From Octopus vulgaris (Eukaryota): DNA of 64,000 nt. Each line of letters starts with the position of its first letter. Within the stretch, counting starts at the first letter, position 1. A model generated the notes under the pieces. It had not been told where the DNA came from. It saw nothing but the letters and a program-made list of their open reading frames with translations, and searched no databases. Positions 13,224 through 24,804 of this stretch are shown in pieces. Location: contig OX597819.1 in NCBI GenBank assembly GCA_951406725.2, positions 119,474,001 through 119,538,000 of the forward strand. Reading direction: 5' to 3'. The position numbers were made by a program, and so were the translations under genes.

Positions 13224-13228
13224 GATTT

Positions 13229-14866
13229 CCGATGGATTCCCGGCAATCCTCCTAAAAGTATGTAAGAGAGTCCTAGCAAGACCACTGCAGATCCTCTTTC
13301 AGAGCTTCCTAGCAGCTGGCAAACTTCAAAAAAAACTGAAGGAACGTAAAATATGCCCTATTCATAAAGGTGGTAGCAGAGCAGGGGCCAAGAACTACAG
13401 ACCTATCTCTCTCACCTCACACATCAGCAAGGTCATGGAACGAATAGTCAGAAGGAAACTAATCACCTTCCTTGAAGAAAATGACTTGCTGCCTGACACC
13501 CAACATGGTTTCCGACCAGGAAGAAGCTGTTTAACCCAGCTCCTACAACACTATGACTGGGTGCTGAAACAACTGCTCAACCACTCAAATGTGGAAGTCA
13601 TATATCTCGACTTTGCAAAGGCCTTTGATAAAGTCGATCATGGAATGATATGTCACAAACTGCGTGATCTTGGCATAGTTGGAAAATTGGGAGAATGGCT
13701 TCATGACTTTCTGAAGAATAGAAGTCAGGTGGTAGCAGCCAATGGGGCCACTTCCATTAACACACAAATAGTGAGCGGTGTTCCGCAGGGCACTGTTTTG
13801 GGACTACTACTGTTCATAATGGCCCTCTCAGACATGCCCTCAGCCACGCAGAGAGCCACGATCACAAGTTATGCAGATGATACAAAAGTTTCACAGGCAA
13901 TACAGAACCCTGAAGACACTAAGCACCTGCAATGTGAGCTGGACGAAATATACAAGCGGGCTGAAAAGAATAGCATGCAGTTCAATGCTGAAAAGTTTCA
14001 AGCTTTATACTATCAGCATACAAAACTAAATGCAATACCCAATGAATACACTGGACCCGGAGGAATAGCAATCCCAGAGGCACAATCAGTGCGTGACCTG
14101 GGTATTTACATGAGTGATGACGCAACCTTTCGTGTTCATGTTGCTAAATTGGCAATGAAATGTAGACGACTGGCCGGATGGATTCTCAGAACCTTTAGAA
14201 CAAGAGAACAAGAAACCATGATGGTCCTCTGGAGGACACTTGTCCTAAGCCACTTTGACTATTGCTCTCAGTTATGGTCACCATCCAGTGTCAAGTTGAT
14301 CACAGAGCTCGAGGCGATCCAGCGTAGCTACACGAAGAAGATAGCCTCTATGCAGAATGTAAGCTACAGGGAAAGACTCAAGAGATTAAAACTATATTCC
14401 TTGGAGCGTAGGCGGGAAAGATATGCCATAATATACATCTGGAAGATCCTGGAGGGACGTGTCCCAAACTTTGGCATCGAGAGTTACACAAATGCCAGAA
14501 CTGGGCGCCACTGCGTGGTGCGTAGGACTCCAAATTTGCCATCAAGATGTAGGACAAGATACTGTGAGAGCCTGGGCTTCCGTGGCCCACAGCTCTTCAA
14601 TATCCTCCCGAAGAACCCGAGAGACCTGCATGGGGTGGATGCAGATGTCTTTAAAATGGAACTGGATCTCTTCCTGTCAGGTGTCCCAGATGAACCAACT
14701 TCACGGCAGGAGGTGCAGATGAGGGCAGCTGCATCGAACTCTCTCATGCACCAAATGGCAGTTGCTAAAAAGCTTTCGTGAAGTAAAACCAAGTAGCAAC
14801 ACCAAATGGCGGTGCCCCAGCATGGCCACAGCTCATGAGCTGAAACTAGAATCAATCAATCAATCA
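13229..14866 (+). mobile_element. young 5'-truncated CR1-clade LINE
   Basis: RT ORF, 3' stem-loop cagctcatgagctg, (AATC)n tail; 5-bp TSD taatg at 13219-13223 and 14867-14871; nearly identical to 46365-48801. Confidence 0.93.
13435..14781 (+). CDS. LINE ORF2 fragment: reverse transcriptase + C-terminal domain (448 aa)
   Basis: [47 protein letters not shown] and YSLERRRER motifs typical of CR1-clade ORF2. Confidence 0.9.
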   Translation: MERIVRRKLITFLEENDLLPDTQHGFRPGRSCLTQLLQHYDWVLKQLLNHSNVEVIYLDFAKAFDKVDHGMICHKLRDLGIVGKLGEWLHDFLKNRSQVVAANGATSINTQIVSGVPQGTVLGLLLFIMALSDMPSATQRATITSYADDTKVSQAIQNPEDTKHLQCELDEIYKRAEKNSMQFNAEKFQALYYQHTKLNAIPNEYTGPGGIAIPEAQSVRDLGIYMSDDATFRVHVAKLAMKCRRLAGWILRTFRTREQETMMVLWRTLVLSHFDYCSQLWSPSSVKLITELEAIQRSYTKKIASMQNVSYRERLKRLKLYSLERRRERYAIIYIWKILEGRVPNFGIESYTNARTGRHCVVRRTPNLPSRCRTRYCESLGFRGPQLFNILPKNPRDLHGVDADVFKMELDLFLSGVPDEPTSRQEVQMRAAASNSLMHQMAVAKKLS

Positions 14867-14871
14867 TAATG

Positions 14872-15672
14872 TTCAGGTCGTTTGGGCAAAGTTGGCGCTA
14901 TATTCTCCACATCGTACAAATGATGTACCGCTCACGGCGAGGCTGGAGAGAGTAGGGTTTCAAGGCTTTAAGGCGGTCCCAATAATCGAGAGCAGCCATG
15001 CCTTCAATTCATTTAGTGAGTACCCTCTGGGGTGATTCAATCCTCTTGTATGGGGAGACCACAGTGGGCAGAAGTATTCGAGGTGTTGCCGTTCAAAGGA
15101 GGAAAAGAAAGTGGTATGATGTCACCTTGTTCTCTGGACCGGAAAGTTCTTAAGATCCAGGAACTCATCCTACGAACTATATCGACCTTATTGTTGATGT
15201 GGGCACTCCAACTGAGATTGTCATCAACAATTACACCCAGGTCTCTGATATTGTTAGAGGCTGTGAGCGGTTCCCATGAAGGAAGAGAGTATGGCTGTTT
15301 TAGTGAGGAATTTTTTCCAAAATGAATCAGCTCAAATTTTCCCTCGTTCAGTTGCATTTTGCTTCTGTCTGGCCCATTGACTCACAGCATATAGATCAGA
15401 CTGGAGCTGAGTTCGGTCTGCTTCTTCTTAATGATTTGCTGGAGCTTAGTGCCATCAGCAAATATTATCACTTTGCAGTAATGTACGACACTGGAAAGGT
15501 CGTTTATGTAAATTATAAAGAGTAGCTGCCCAAGACAGTCCTCTCGGGGACACCGCTGGTGACTTTTGCTGGGCTTGAGTGGACTCCATCAACTACAACA
15601 TGTTGTGTTCTATTCGCCAGGAAATACTTAATCCAGTGTAGAGGTTTTCCACGGATTCCAACATTTGCCAAT
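14872..15672 (-). pseudogene. RT region of the older CR1-clade LINE (frameshifted)
   Basis: KLANVGIRGKPLHWIKYFLANRTQHVVVDG...SGVPERTVLG, IFADGTK, MQLNEGKFELIHFG...IRDLGVIVDDNLSWSAHI...WILRTFRSRE. Confidence 0.88.
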
Positions 15673-15778
15673 TTATATATATATATAATATTATTAGAGA
15701 CAAAACCACTATTTTGCAAAACAAACAAGGAAAGACTTAATCAATACATAAAATTTTAATAAAAAGTCAAAAAAACCG

Positions 15779-15821
15779 CCACTACAATTGTTTCTTGTCC
15801 TGATCGACAATCTTCAGGTGG
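15779..15821 (-). ncRNA. minimal type-I hammerhead (mirror copy)
   Basis: Reverse complement of 15890-15932, differing only in loop II. Confidence 0.85.
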
Positions 15822-15889
15822 ACTTCCAATTTTCAAGTCAGTTACAAATTATGAACTTCATAATTTGTAACTGACTTGAAAATTGAAGT

Positions 15890-15932
15890 CCACCTGAAGA
15901 TTGTCGATAAGGACAAGAAACAATTGTAGTGG
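15890..15932 (+). ncRNA. minimal type-I hammerhead, canonical core, GUA site
   Basis: ccac-CTGAAGA-ttgtc(gataag)gacaa-GAAA-caattg-TA-gtgg; palindromic stem III; predicted cleavage after 15928. Confidence 0.88.
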
Positions 15933-16104
15933 CGTTTTTTTTTACTTTTTATTAAAATTTTATGTATTGATTAAGTCTTTCCTTGTTTGTTTTGCAAAAT
16001 AGTGGTTTTGTCTCTAATAATATTATATAATATTTTACTATAAAATTGGATTTAATCCTAAATCTGATTTTTTCCCTGTAAATTTGGATTTATTCCCTAA
16101 TATT

Positions 16105-16158
<54 letters not shown>

Positions 16159-16159
16159 C

Positions 16160-16244
16160 TCGTCGCCATGATAGATCGTTAGCCACTACACACATTTTTT
16201 CTCTGCTTGTTTTTTCTGTGTCCCTTTCTGTAGAAGAGCGTAGG
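16160..16244 (+). mobile_element. 5' fragment of the 50023/59692 HHR mini-element family
   Basis: gtcgccatgatagatcgttagccactacacacatttttt...ctttCTGTAGAagagcgtagg matches the reverse complement of part of 50127-50237; follows (TA)n. Confidence 0.7.
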
Positions 16245-16467
16245 TTATGTACACATATTTAATCCCCACTCATTACCGAAAGCTGAACAGTTATCTCCCT
16301 TATACACAACATTAACAATAATAACAACCAATTTATTTGTCTACTTCTGAAGTCATTCACTCGTGAATTTAATCACACACAACATGGACCACTTTTTTAA
16401 TTTCTTATATACTTTACAACCCACCACGTGGGAATAATCAAAATTCCTCTTTTCTGTTACTACTATG

Positions 16468-16535
<68 letters not shown>

Positions 16536-17214
16536 GAAATTCATTTTTGGACTTTCTTCTATCGAAGGCATTCTAACAAAAATGCTTCCGTATAAACGCT
16601 GAAAATATTGTCAATTTCCCCAAACAGGGACACACATCAAATTTTTAAACAATAACCAAAGCTCCTTCTCCCAAAGGGGAGGTTAGAGTTTACAATTATT
16701 TAACAAATGCAACACAACAACGTTTCCATTTCGAGGAACCAACAAACGTGATAGCATTAGTTAAACAGTAATAATAATAACAACAACAAACCTTACGGTG
16801 AATTAAAAAGCAGTACGCAGATGAAGCTATAGTCCTTTATGTATAAGAAGTAACCAATAGCAGTACTCAGTAGAAGCGGCTGTTCGAGAAAACAAACATT
16901 ACATACAGCCAAACTTCATATAGATATTTAATGCTAGCTAACTAGCAGATAATCTAATGTAAAAGCCGTGGTAAACGGTATGTGAACAGCTCCATCTGGA
17001 CTATTCCATTTCTGCACGCTAATTTTATTTCTAATTTATTCCCATTCATGTGAAACAACTTATCCAAGTTCAAGTCATTGATGCAATTTTATACCAATTG
17101 CTATTTTTACATTTGTTATGTTACAATTATATTATACTTTACTTTAATTTTATTATTACTTACTAGATATAATTCAATCGTTATTATTATCTCAAATTTT
17201 TACTGTTAAAGTGA

Positions 17215-17675
<461 letters not shown>

Positions 17676-17858
17676 TTATACATATCTATATTTATGCACA
17701 CATATATATGTTTATATGCATATACATATTTATGTATATATATATATATACTTGCACACAAACACACATATGTATGTGTCGTGTGTGTTTGTGTGTATGC
17801 ATGTGTGTGTAAATATGTACATATATATATATAAACATACGTATACATACATGTATAG

Positions 17859-17924
<66 letters not shown>

Positions 17925-19166
17925 GTGTGTGAGAAAGTGAGAGGTCGGGGGAAACACCGTGTTTGAAGGTAGTTTCTATGGAATTAAGCATTCATGCATT
18001 CATGTATTCCTTTTATACCTTGTTCCAAGTCCTCCTTCAATTTTGTCGTTTTACTTTCGACTTTCGATTTGTTCCGTAGAGTTGATTAACCACTCATATA
18101 ACCGATTCTTTAATCCTGTTTGGAGGCTAATCTGTTCATAATGTTTGCTGTAGTGTATTTCACAGTGAATGTAACTTTATTACACCTACTCCTCTCTTTG
18201 ATGTTTCTTGAGTAAATATAATCATTGAGGACTTTTTTACCTCTATTTTCCGATCCTCTGTTGGAGAAATACTTTAGAATGTTACTTTTGAAGATACCTG
18301 TTATGGCTTTATAGAAAGAATATTTGCTCAGCAAATTTATCATGCGAGGGATAACTGAAATTCTTTCTCTCTATTACAGCACAGTACATATATAAAATAA
18401 ACTGTGGCAGAAAACGGAAATATTCTTCTAAATATTAAAAGAAAGCTTTTTGATTGTTAATAACGTTTGTAAATACCGCAGCATAAACAAATCTATCGAT
18501 TAGTTTATGTTTACCATATAGGAATACTTTGATGTCCGAAGTGTGAAGGTTTATGTGAAATTTTGTTTGAAAATATTGTTTGAGAACTGTAAAGGAAAAC
18601 AACATTGCTTCGTGTTTTAGACATTACGTGAAGAGAAATAACCAGCAATGTTGACATTGTGACGGTCTACTTGCAGAACGTTCGATGGATTGAAAAATAA
18701 TACGGTCAGTAGTTTGAGACGGTGTTTACAAGAAAACAATAAATATTTATAGGAGAACATTTCACATGAAAAATGTGTGATAATTTAGAAAAAGGTTGTG
18801 TATATCATCCTTTCTAATCTGGGAACAAGGTCCAAAATGAGGGAGAAAGTCAAGTTAATAGTATCCACACCAGTGCTCAACTGGTGCCTATGAAGGGAAA
18901 AGTCGAAGCATTTCGTCCGAGGTGATAACGATTTCTCAGTTTGCATACTTTCTACTATAGATACAGGGACTGATATTTGTGGGAGCAAATAGCTGATTAC
19001 ATCGGTCTCTGTATTCAACTGTTACTTACTTCACCGAACCGGAATAGATGAAAGCAACGTTGACAGCAGTAGAATTTGATCTCAGAACGTAACGCTGGAA
19101 GAAGAGCTACAAAAATTTCGTCCAGCTTGAGGCCTAGATTCTGTTTATAATAAGGGAAAGGATTAA

Positions 19167-19790
19167 GGCGGCGATCCGGTAGAAACGTTAGCACACTGGG
19201 CGAAACGCTTAGCGTTATTTCGTCTGTCTTTTCGTTCTAAGTTGAAATTCCGCCAAGGTCGACTTTGCCTTTCAGCTTTTCGGGGTCGAGAAATTAAGAA
19301 CTAGTTACTCACTGAGGTCAACTTAATCGACTTAATCTCTTTGTCTGTCCTTGTTTGTCCCCTCTATGTTTATTGCCCCCTTTTGGGCAATAAATAAATA
19401 AGAAACGTTAGCACGCCGGGCGAAATGCTTTGTAGCATTTCGTCCGCCACTGCGTTCTGAATTCAAATTCCGCCGAGGTCTAATTTGCCTTTCACACTTT
19501 CGGGGTAGATGTAGTCGATTTAATCCGTTTGTCTGTCCATGTTTGTCCCCTCAATATTTAGACCCTTGTGGGTAATAAAGAAATAAGAAACGTTAGCATG
19601 CCGGGCGAAATGCTTAGCAGTATTTTGTCTGCCTTTACATTCTGAGTTCAAATTCGGCCGAGGTTGACTTTGCCTTTCATCCTTTCGAAATTGATAAATT
19701 AAGTACCAGTTGCATACTTCGGGCGATCTGATCGCCTGCCCTTCCCCTTCCCAAAAGTTTCGGGCTTTGTAACTAGTCTAAAAAGGAATA
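19167..19790 (+). mobile_element. head-to-tail trimer of SINE family A
   Basis: Units start at ~19167, ~19400 and ~19585, the later two restarting at aagaaacgttagca; the first two have the young tail, the third the old tail. Confidence 0.88.
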
Positions 19791-20252
19791 AGGAAAATAA
19801 TTGTTTAATAGCCTTCATTCTTGAGATAAAATGTGCGTGACGAAAAAAACATAGATAATGTTAAACGATGTAAGGTTGGACTGTTGCATTTTTGCAGGAA
19901 ATTGAATTGATATTCTCTATACAATGTTTGAAGGGATCATTGAATATAGAAGTAGAGGTTAGTAGATTTCAAATTCACGTAGACATTCACTCATTAGTTC
20001 AGTTAAAAAGATTAGATAGTTTTATCAACTCTTTACTATGAGCAAAATGTGAGAAATAAGGATTCCAAAATTCTGAGAGACTATAATATACTAAGCGATA
20101 AAGCAGGAACTTATAGGGTGTCATTGCCTGTAAGATCACTCTTGAATATTAATCTTCAATATCTGTCATCCGGAAAGTAATATGCCGTAACTTACGAATG
20201 TATTTTTTAAACTTAACAAAGGACAAAAATGTGGGGGTTACGAATAAAAGGA

Positions 20253-20640
20253 GAACTGGCAGAATCGTTAGCACGCTGGGCAAATTGCTTAGCGGCATTT
20301 CGTCTGCGTTACGTTGTGAGTTCAAATTCCGCCGAGGTCGACTTTGCCTTTCATCCTTTCGGGGTCGATAAATTAAGTACCAGTTACGCACTGGGGTCGA
20401 TGTAATCGACTTAATACCTATGTCTGTCCCTGTTTGTCCGCTCTGTGTTTATCCCCTTGTGGGTAATAAAGAAATAGGCATTTCTTTCGTCTTTACGTTG
20501 TGAGTTAAAACTCAGCTGAGGTCAAACGTTTGCATTTAATCTTTTCGGTGTTAAAAAATATACCAGCTGAGCACTGGTTTCGATGTAAGAGACTTACTTC
20601 TATACCACGCAATTACTGGCCCTTTGACAAAATGTTAGAC
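20253..20640 (+). mobile_element. SINE family A dimer (young copy followed by the remainder of an old copy)
   Basis: Young unit ends gggtaataaagaaat (~20475), then the sequence restarts at aggcatttc with a diverged body and old tail. Confidence 0.85.
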
Positions 20641-20737
20641 CAAAATGAGAGCAGATTATCTACAGAACATGTAATGCTGCTAATCAAACTTTATTTTCAT
20701 TAATCACATTTCTAAGTGATTATTAAACTCTTGACAG

Positions 20738-20945
20738 CGGCGGCACATGGCTTAGTATATAGGATGCTGGACTCATGATCGTAAGATTGAGGTTTCGATT
20801 CCTGAACGGGTTTCACGTTGCTTCATACCATTCAGCTAGCAATAATGAGTAATTCTGCGATGGACCGGCGTCCCGTTTAGGGCTAGGGATATATATACGC
20901 TGGAAAACCAGCCCTTATCAGTCCTTATGAATCGGGAAGATTACT
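20738..20945 (+). mobile_element. decayed tRNA-derived SINE with V-domain-like segment
   Basis: tggcttagt A-box, ggtttcgattcc B-box, ctgcgatggaccggcgtcccgt segment shared with the 42909 and 55581 copies. Confidence 0.7.
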
Positions 20946-22335
20946 TTAACACTTCCCAGTGAATACTCGTAACAATTTTGTGCGTTTGCTATAGATAGGT
21001 TTCTTCTGTATACCCCAAGTACTTTCATGGTACCTGACAATCGGATATTGCTAAAGGCGGTGGTTATGAATTATAAATAGGCAAAATCCTCAACTTCCAA
21101 TATATAAAATAACATACCAATGAAGGTAATGTACTTTCATTAATTATTTGTATTTATATATTGAAAATAAAACCAAAACTTTCATGTGTAAACTGATTTC
21201 TTCTTAATCGCAATTAGCACTTAAGGTATATTTATTTTAAGTATTTTCCATTGTTGAGTGTTAATAAAATTTCAAAAATCAACTCTGTGTTTATTAATCA
21301 CTGGTCGGTCCTTCGAAATCTATTGTTTCACAGTTATAACAATGTTTCGAAATTATATAATGGAAAGAATAGAATTTAAGATACATTTTTCTACCTCTGT
21401 TGTTTTATCGTTCACTTACGTGAAGTTTTAACGATATAACAGACACATTTTAACCAAATTTTATATTAGTTGTTGATATAATTGCTATTTGCATTTAACC
21501 TCTAAAACTATACACGTGTGCTTTCAATATTTCCTTTTAACTAATATTTGCCGGAATGTTTTCAATTAATGCCAGGAAATTTCAATGACATTCCTTGTCA
21601 ATGTGAGACATTAAAGCTATGAAATTTCACTCTCAACTTATTTCAGTTGTGGGTAATTTTCTTGTATGATGTATTGTTCTCCGTTGGACATGAAGATTTA
21701 TTGAAAAATATTGATTGATTAATACAAAAGGTATAAATACTTACTTTTATAACTCTGACACGTTTTTCTAGTTACTTTGAATCTCCATATTGTTTCCTTA
21801 TCGACTTTACTTCCGTTGTGCTGAACATCAAGTAAATAACATTGTGTAAACATGTATAAATATACACAAACTTTCACAAAAATAGTTATAAATATATACT
21901 TGTATATACACATAATAGTATATGTTAATATATATATATATGTGTATGTGTGTGTGTGTGTCGACCAGTACATATGTTTTCGTCTGTACATGCATACGCC
22001 AGACCTTTTTGTATAGTGATTGTGAGAATGTGATTGTATGCGGAGTGAAAACAGCTCTATGTATATACATATTAGCAATACCGTGAATACAAATCTAAAT
22101 TTTATATGAATAGATGAATGTTTTAATTTGCGCGTAAAACGTATATTCGGAGCAAATAAAAGAATGAATGTATACATAAATGTAAGCACACACACACACA
22201 CACACACACACACGTACACACATACACACATACACATACACATACACACATACACACACACAAACTCACGCTCAAGCCTAGACACACTCAAAAACATATC
22301 AATGTAAGTATTTATATATATATCTGTGTATAAAA

Positions 22336-22368
<33 letters not shown>

Positions 22369-22370
<2 letters not shown>

Positions 22371-22780
22371 CGCAGGAGTGGCTGTGTAGTAAGTAGCTTG
22401 TTTACCAACCACATGGTTCCGGGTTCAGTCCCACTGCGTGGCACCTTGGGGAGGTATCTTCTACTATAGACTCGGGCCGAACAAAGCCTTGTGAGTGGAT
22501 TTGGTAGACGGAAACTGAAAGAAGCCTGTCTTATATATGTATATATATATATATATATATATGCGTGTGTGTGTTTGTGTGAGTGTGTTTGTCCCCCTAG
22601 CATTGCTTGACAACCAATGCTGGTGTGTTTATGTCCCCGTTACTTAGCGGTTCGGCAAAAGAGACCGATATAATAAGTCCTGGGCTTACAAAAGAATAAG
22701 TTCCGGGGTCGAGTTACTCGATTAAAGGCGGTGCTCCAGCAGGGCCGCAGTCAGATGACTGAAACAAGTAAAAGAGTATA
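22369..22780 (+). mobile_element. full-length SINE family B
   Basis: ggcgcaggagtggctgtgtagtaag head, ggttcagtccc B-box, internal (TA)n(TG)n, tail ggcggtgctccagcagggccgcagtcagatgactgaaacaagtaaaagagta. Confidence 0.92.
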
Positions 22781-22869
22781 CCTATAAATAAGGGTGTCTG
22801 AGAGATACCACCATGCCGAAATAGCAGTCAAATCCTTGACTAGAGACAGATCGAATGATAGAAAGGAAC

Positions 22870-22949
<80 letters not shown>

Positions 22950-23010
22950 ATGGAGAGAGAGAGAGAGAGCCAGAGAGATTGATGCAAAGATAGATATAAA
23001 TTCATAACTA

Positions 23011-23231
23011 TACGATGCATGTCGAAACGTTCTTGGCTTTAGGTAAAAGAAAATACAGAAGGATCAGTTAATTATGATTTTATTCAACATATTCCCCTCC
23101 AAGATTCACACATTGATTGCAGTGGTCCTTCAATTTTTCTATGCTCTATGAAAGAATTTGGAAGTTTGGATCTCCAGCCAGGCTTTACGCGATATATTAG
23201 AAGACATGAAAATTTCAGTACGCCCATTGTA
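23011..23231. mobile_element. mariner-derived MITE (second copy at 55315-55466)
   Basis: Imperfect TIRs tacgatgcatgtcgaaacgttcttggcttt / aagacatgaaaatttcagtacgcccattgta; internal gctttaggtaaaa...aggatcagtta...gatttt shared with the 55315 copy. Confidence 0.6.
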
Positions 23232-23240
23232 CAGATAAAA

Positions 23241-23283
<43 letters not shown>

Positions 23284-23540
23284 TGTATGCGTGCGGATGT
23301 ATATATATATATATATATACATGCATGTATGTATGTATGTGGATGTATATATGTATATATATATATATATATATATACAAAATTATTAATCTTCGGGGTT
23401 TTTTAATATGCTAAGCCACTGCTTTTAATTAATATCACTTTCTACCCTTATTTAATCTATACATATATATATATATATATATATTTCTAATGTGTGTGTA
23501 TGTGCTCTTGTGCGTGTGTGTGTGTCTATATATATATATA

Positions 23541-23582
<42 letters not shown>

Positions 23583-23718
23583 CACTCATACACACGCAAA
23601 CATATATATATATATGAAAATATAGGAACTCTTGTATATTAATTATTATTAACCACATATACTCAATCTATATGAATGTATATTTTCCCGTAAATTGAAC
23701 ATCGTGGCGAAGTATATA

Positions 23719-23836
23719 CACTCTCAAAATGCTGGGTGTTAAAAACACCTCAGATTCATGGGCAGGTGAAATACATCACTTTCGATTGTCCGATGGCTCT
23801 GAGGTGTTTTTAACACCTACTAGTTTTGAGGTCAGT
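23719..23836. mobile_element. ~120-bp hairpin MITE with CACT-type terminus
   Basis: ggtgttaaaaacacctcaga / tctgaggtgtttttaacacc perfect 20-bp inverted core, extended by ctcaaaa/ttttgag. Confidence 0.7.
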
Positions 23837-24228
23837 ATAGTTAGCATGACAGTTACTGCTGCGTCTAAAATTATGAGTTACTGATATGACCAAAATTATG
23901 AGTTTAGGTGGCTTAGTTGTGAAAATATATTTTGCAATTATTGATATTAATATTCTACAGGTGTCCAAGTTATTATATTTGACGATAATTATACTCTCAT
24001 AAAGCGTATGCTAGTATTCGTCCGTTTTAGCTATAATACAGGTGATGATAAATTTTATAGTAATTTTTACATTCACCATGATCTCCTACCAAGTTATGCT
24101 TCCATTAGGGTTGTCATGACTAAAGTAATAGCGGTGGCGACTATATCCACTAGACAATTGTGACTGCCTGTTGTTACTAATATATGTGAAATAGTTCGCA
24201 TGCGATATTTAGGAACATTTTTATTACT

Positions 24229-24287
<59 letters not shown>
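24229..24287. repeat. (TAG)n microsatellite; resumes as (CAG/TAG)n at ~24660-24751
   Basis: Direct reading. Confidence 0.95.
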
Positions 24288-24289
<2 letters not shown>

Positions 24290-24653
24290 AGGCGCAATGG
24301 CCCAGTGCTTAGATCAGCGGACTCGCGGTCAGAGGATCACGGTTTCGATTCCCAGACCGGGCGTTGTGTGTGTTTATTGAACGAAAACACCTAAAGCTCC
24401 ACGAGGCTCTGGCAGGTTGTAGTGGCGACCCCTGTTGTACTCTTTCACCCCAGCTTTCTCTCACTTTTTTTTCCTGTTTCTTGTCCCCGACTTCCTACGC
24501 AGCCTCTGAGCCTGTATGCGCATTCAATCATCCGTCGATGCTCTCGGTGTCGGGGGTTGACCTGCTTTCTCTTCTGCGAGTCTTACGAATAGCAAAGGAC
24601 CTCGCTTCGGACTTCTCCCATCCTGCGAGGTCTGAGACGAAGACCGTTCGCTC
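24288..24653 (+). mobile_element. tRNA-derived SINE family C inserted in (TAG)n
   Basis: ggaggcgcaatggcccagtg A-box, ggtttcgattccc B-box, body cgaaaacacctaaagctccacgaggctc shared with 55581-55883; distinct 3' part. Confidence 0.85.
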
Positions 24654-24677
24654 AACAGCAACTGCAGCAGTAGCAGC

Positions 24678-24752
<75 letters not shown>

Positions 24753-24804
24753 TTCTGCTGCTGCTGTTCTTGTTCTTCTTGTTGCTGTTGTTGGTATTAT
24801 TATT

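Larger units (their letters stand above)
15682..16108. mobile_element. palindromic PLE pseudo-LTR-like insertion in (TA)n (second family)
   Basis: ~174-bp arms 15682-15855 / 15857-16029 with a 1-nt spacer, asymmetric extension 16030-16108; TA tracts on both sides; an HHR in each arm. Confidence 0.8.

Noticed and set aside
14378-14855. Antisense/alternate-frame ORFs over the LINEs (also 46378-46749, 48109-48767)
   Set aside because: Shadows of the ORF2 coding sequence; shared between copies only because the copies are near-identical.
24288-24362. tRNA gene candidates (also heads at ~35840-35912, ~42909-42975, ~55808-55883)
   Set aside because: A/B boxes present but the cloverleaf is imperfect and each continues into a repeated SINE body.
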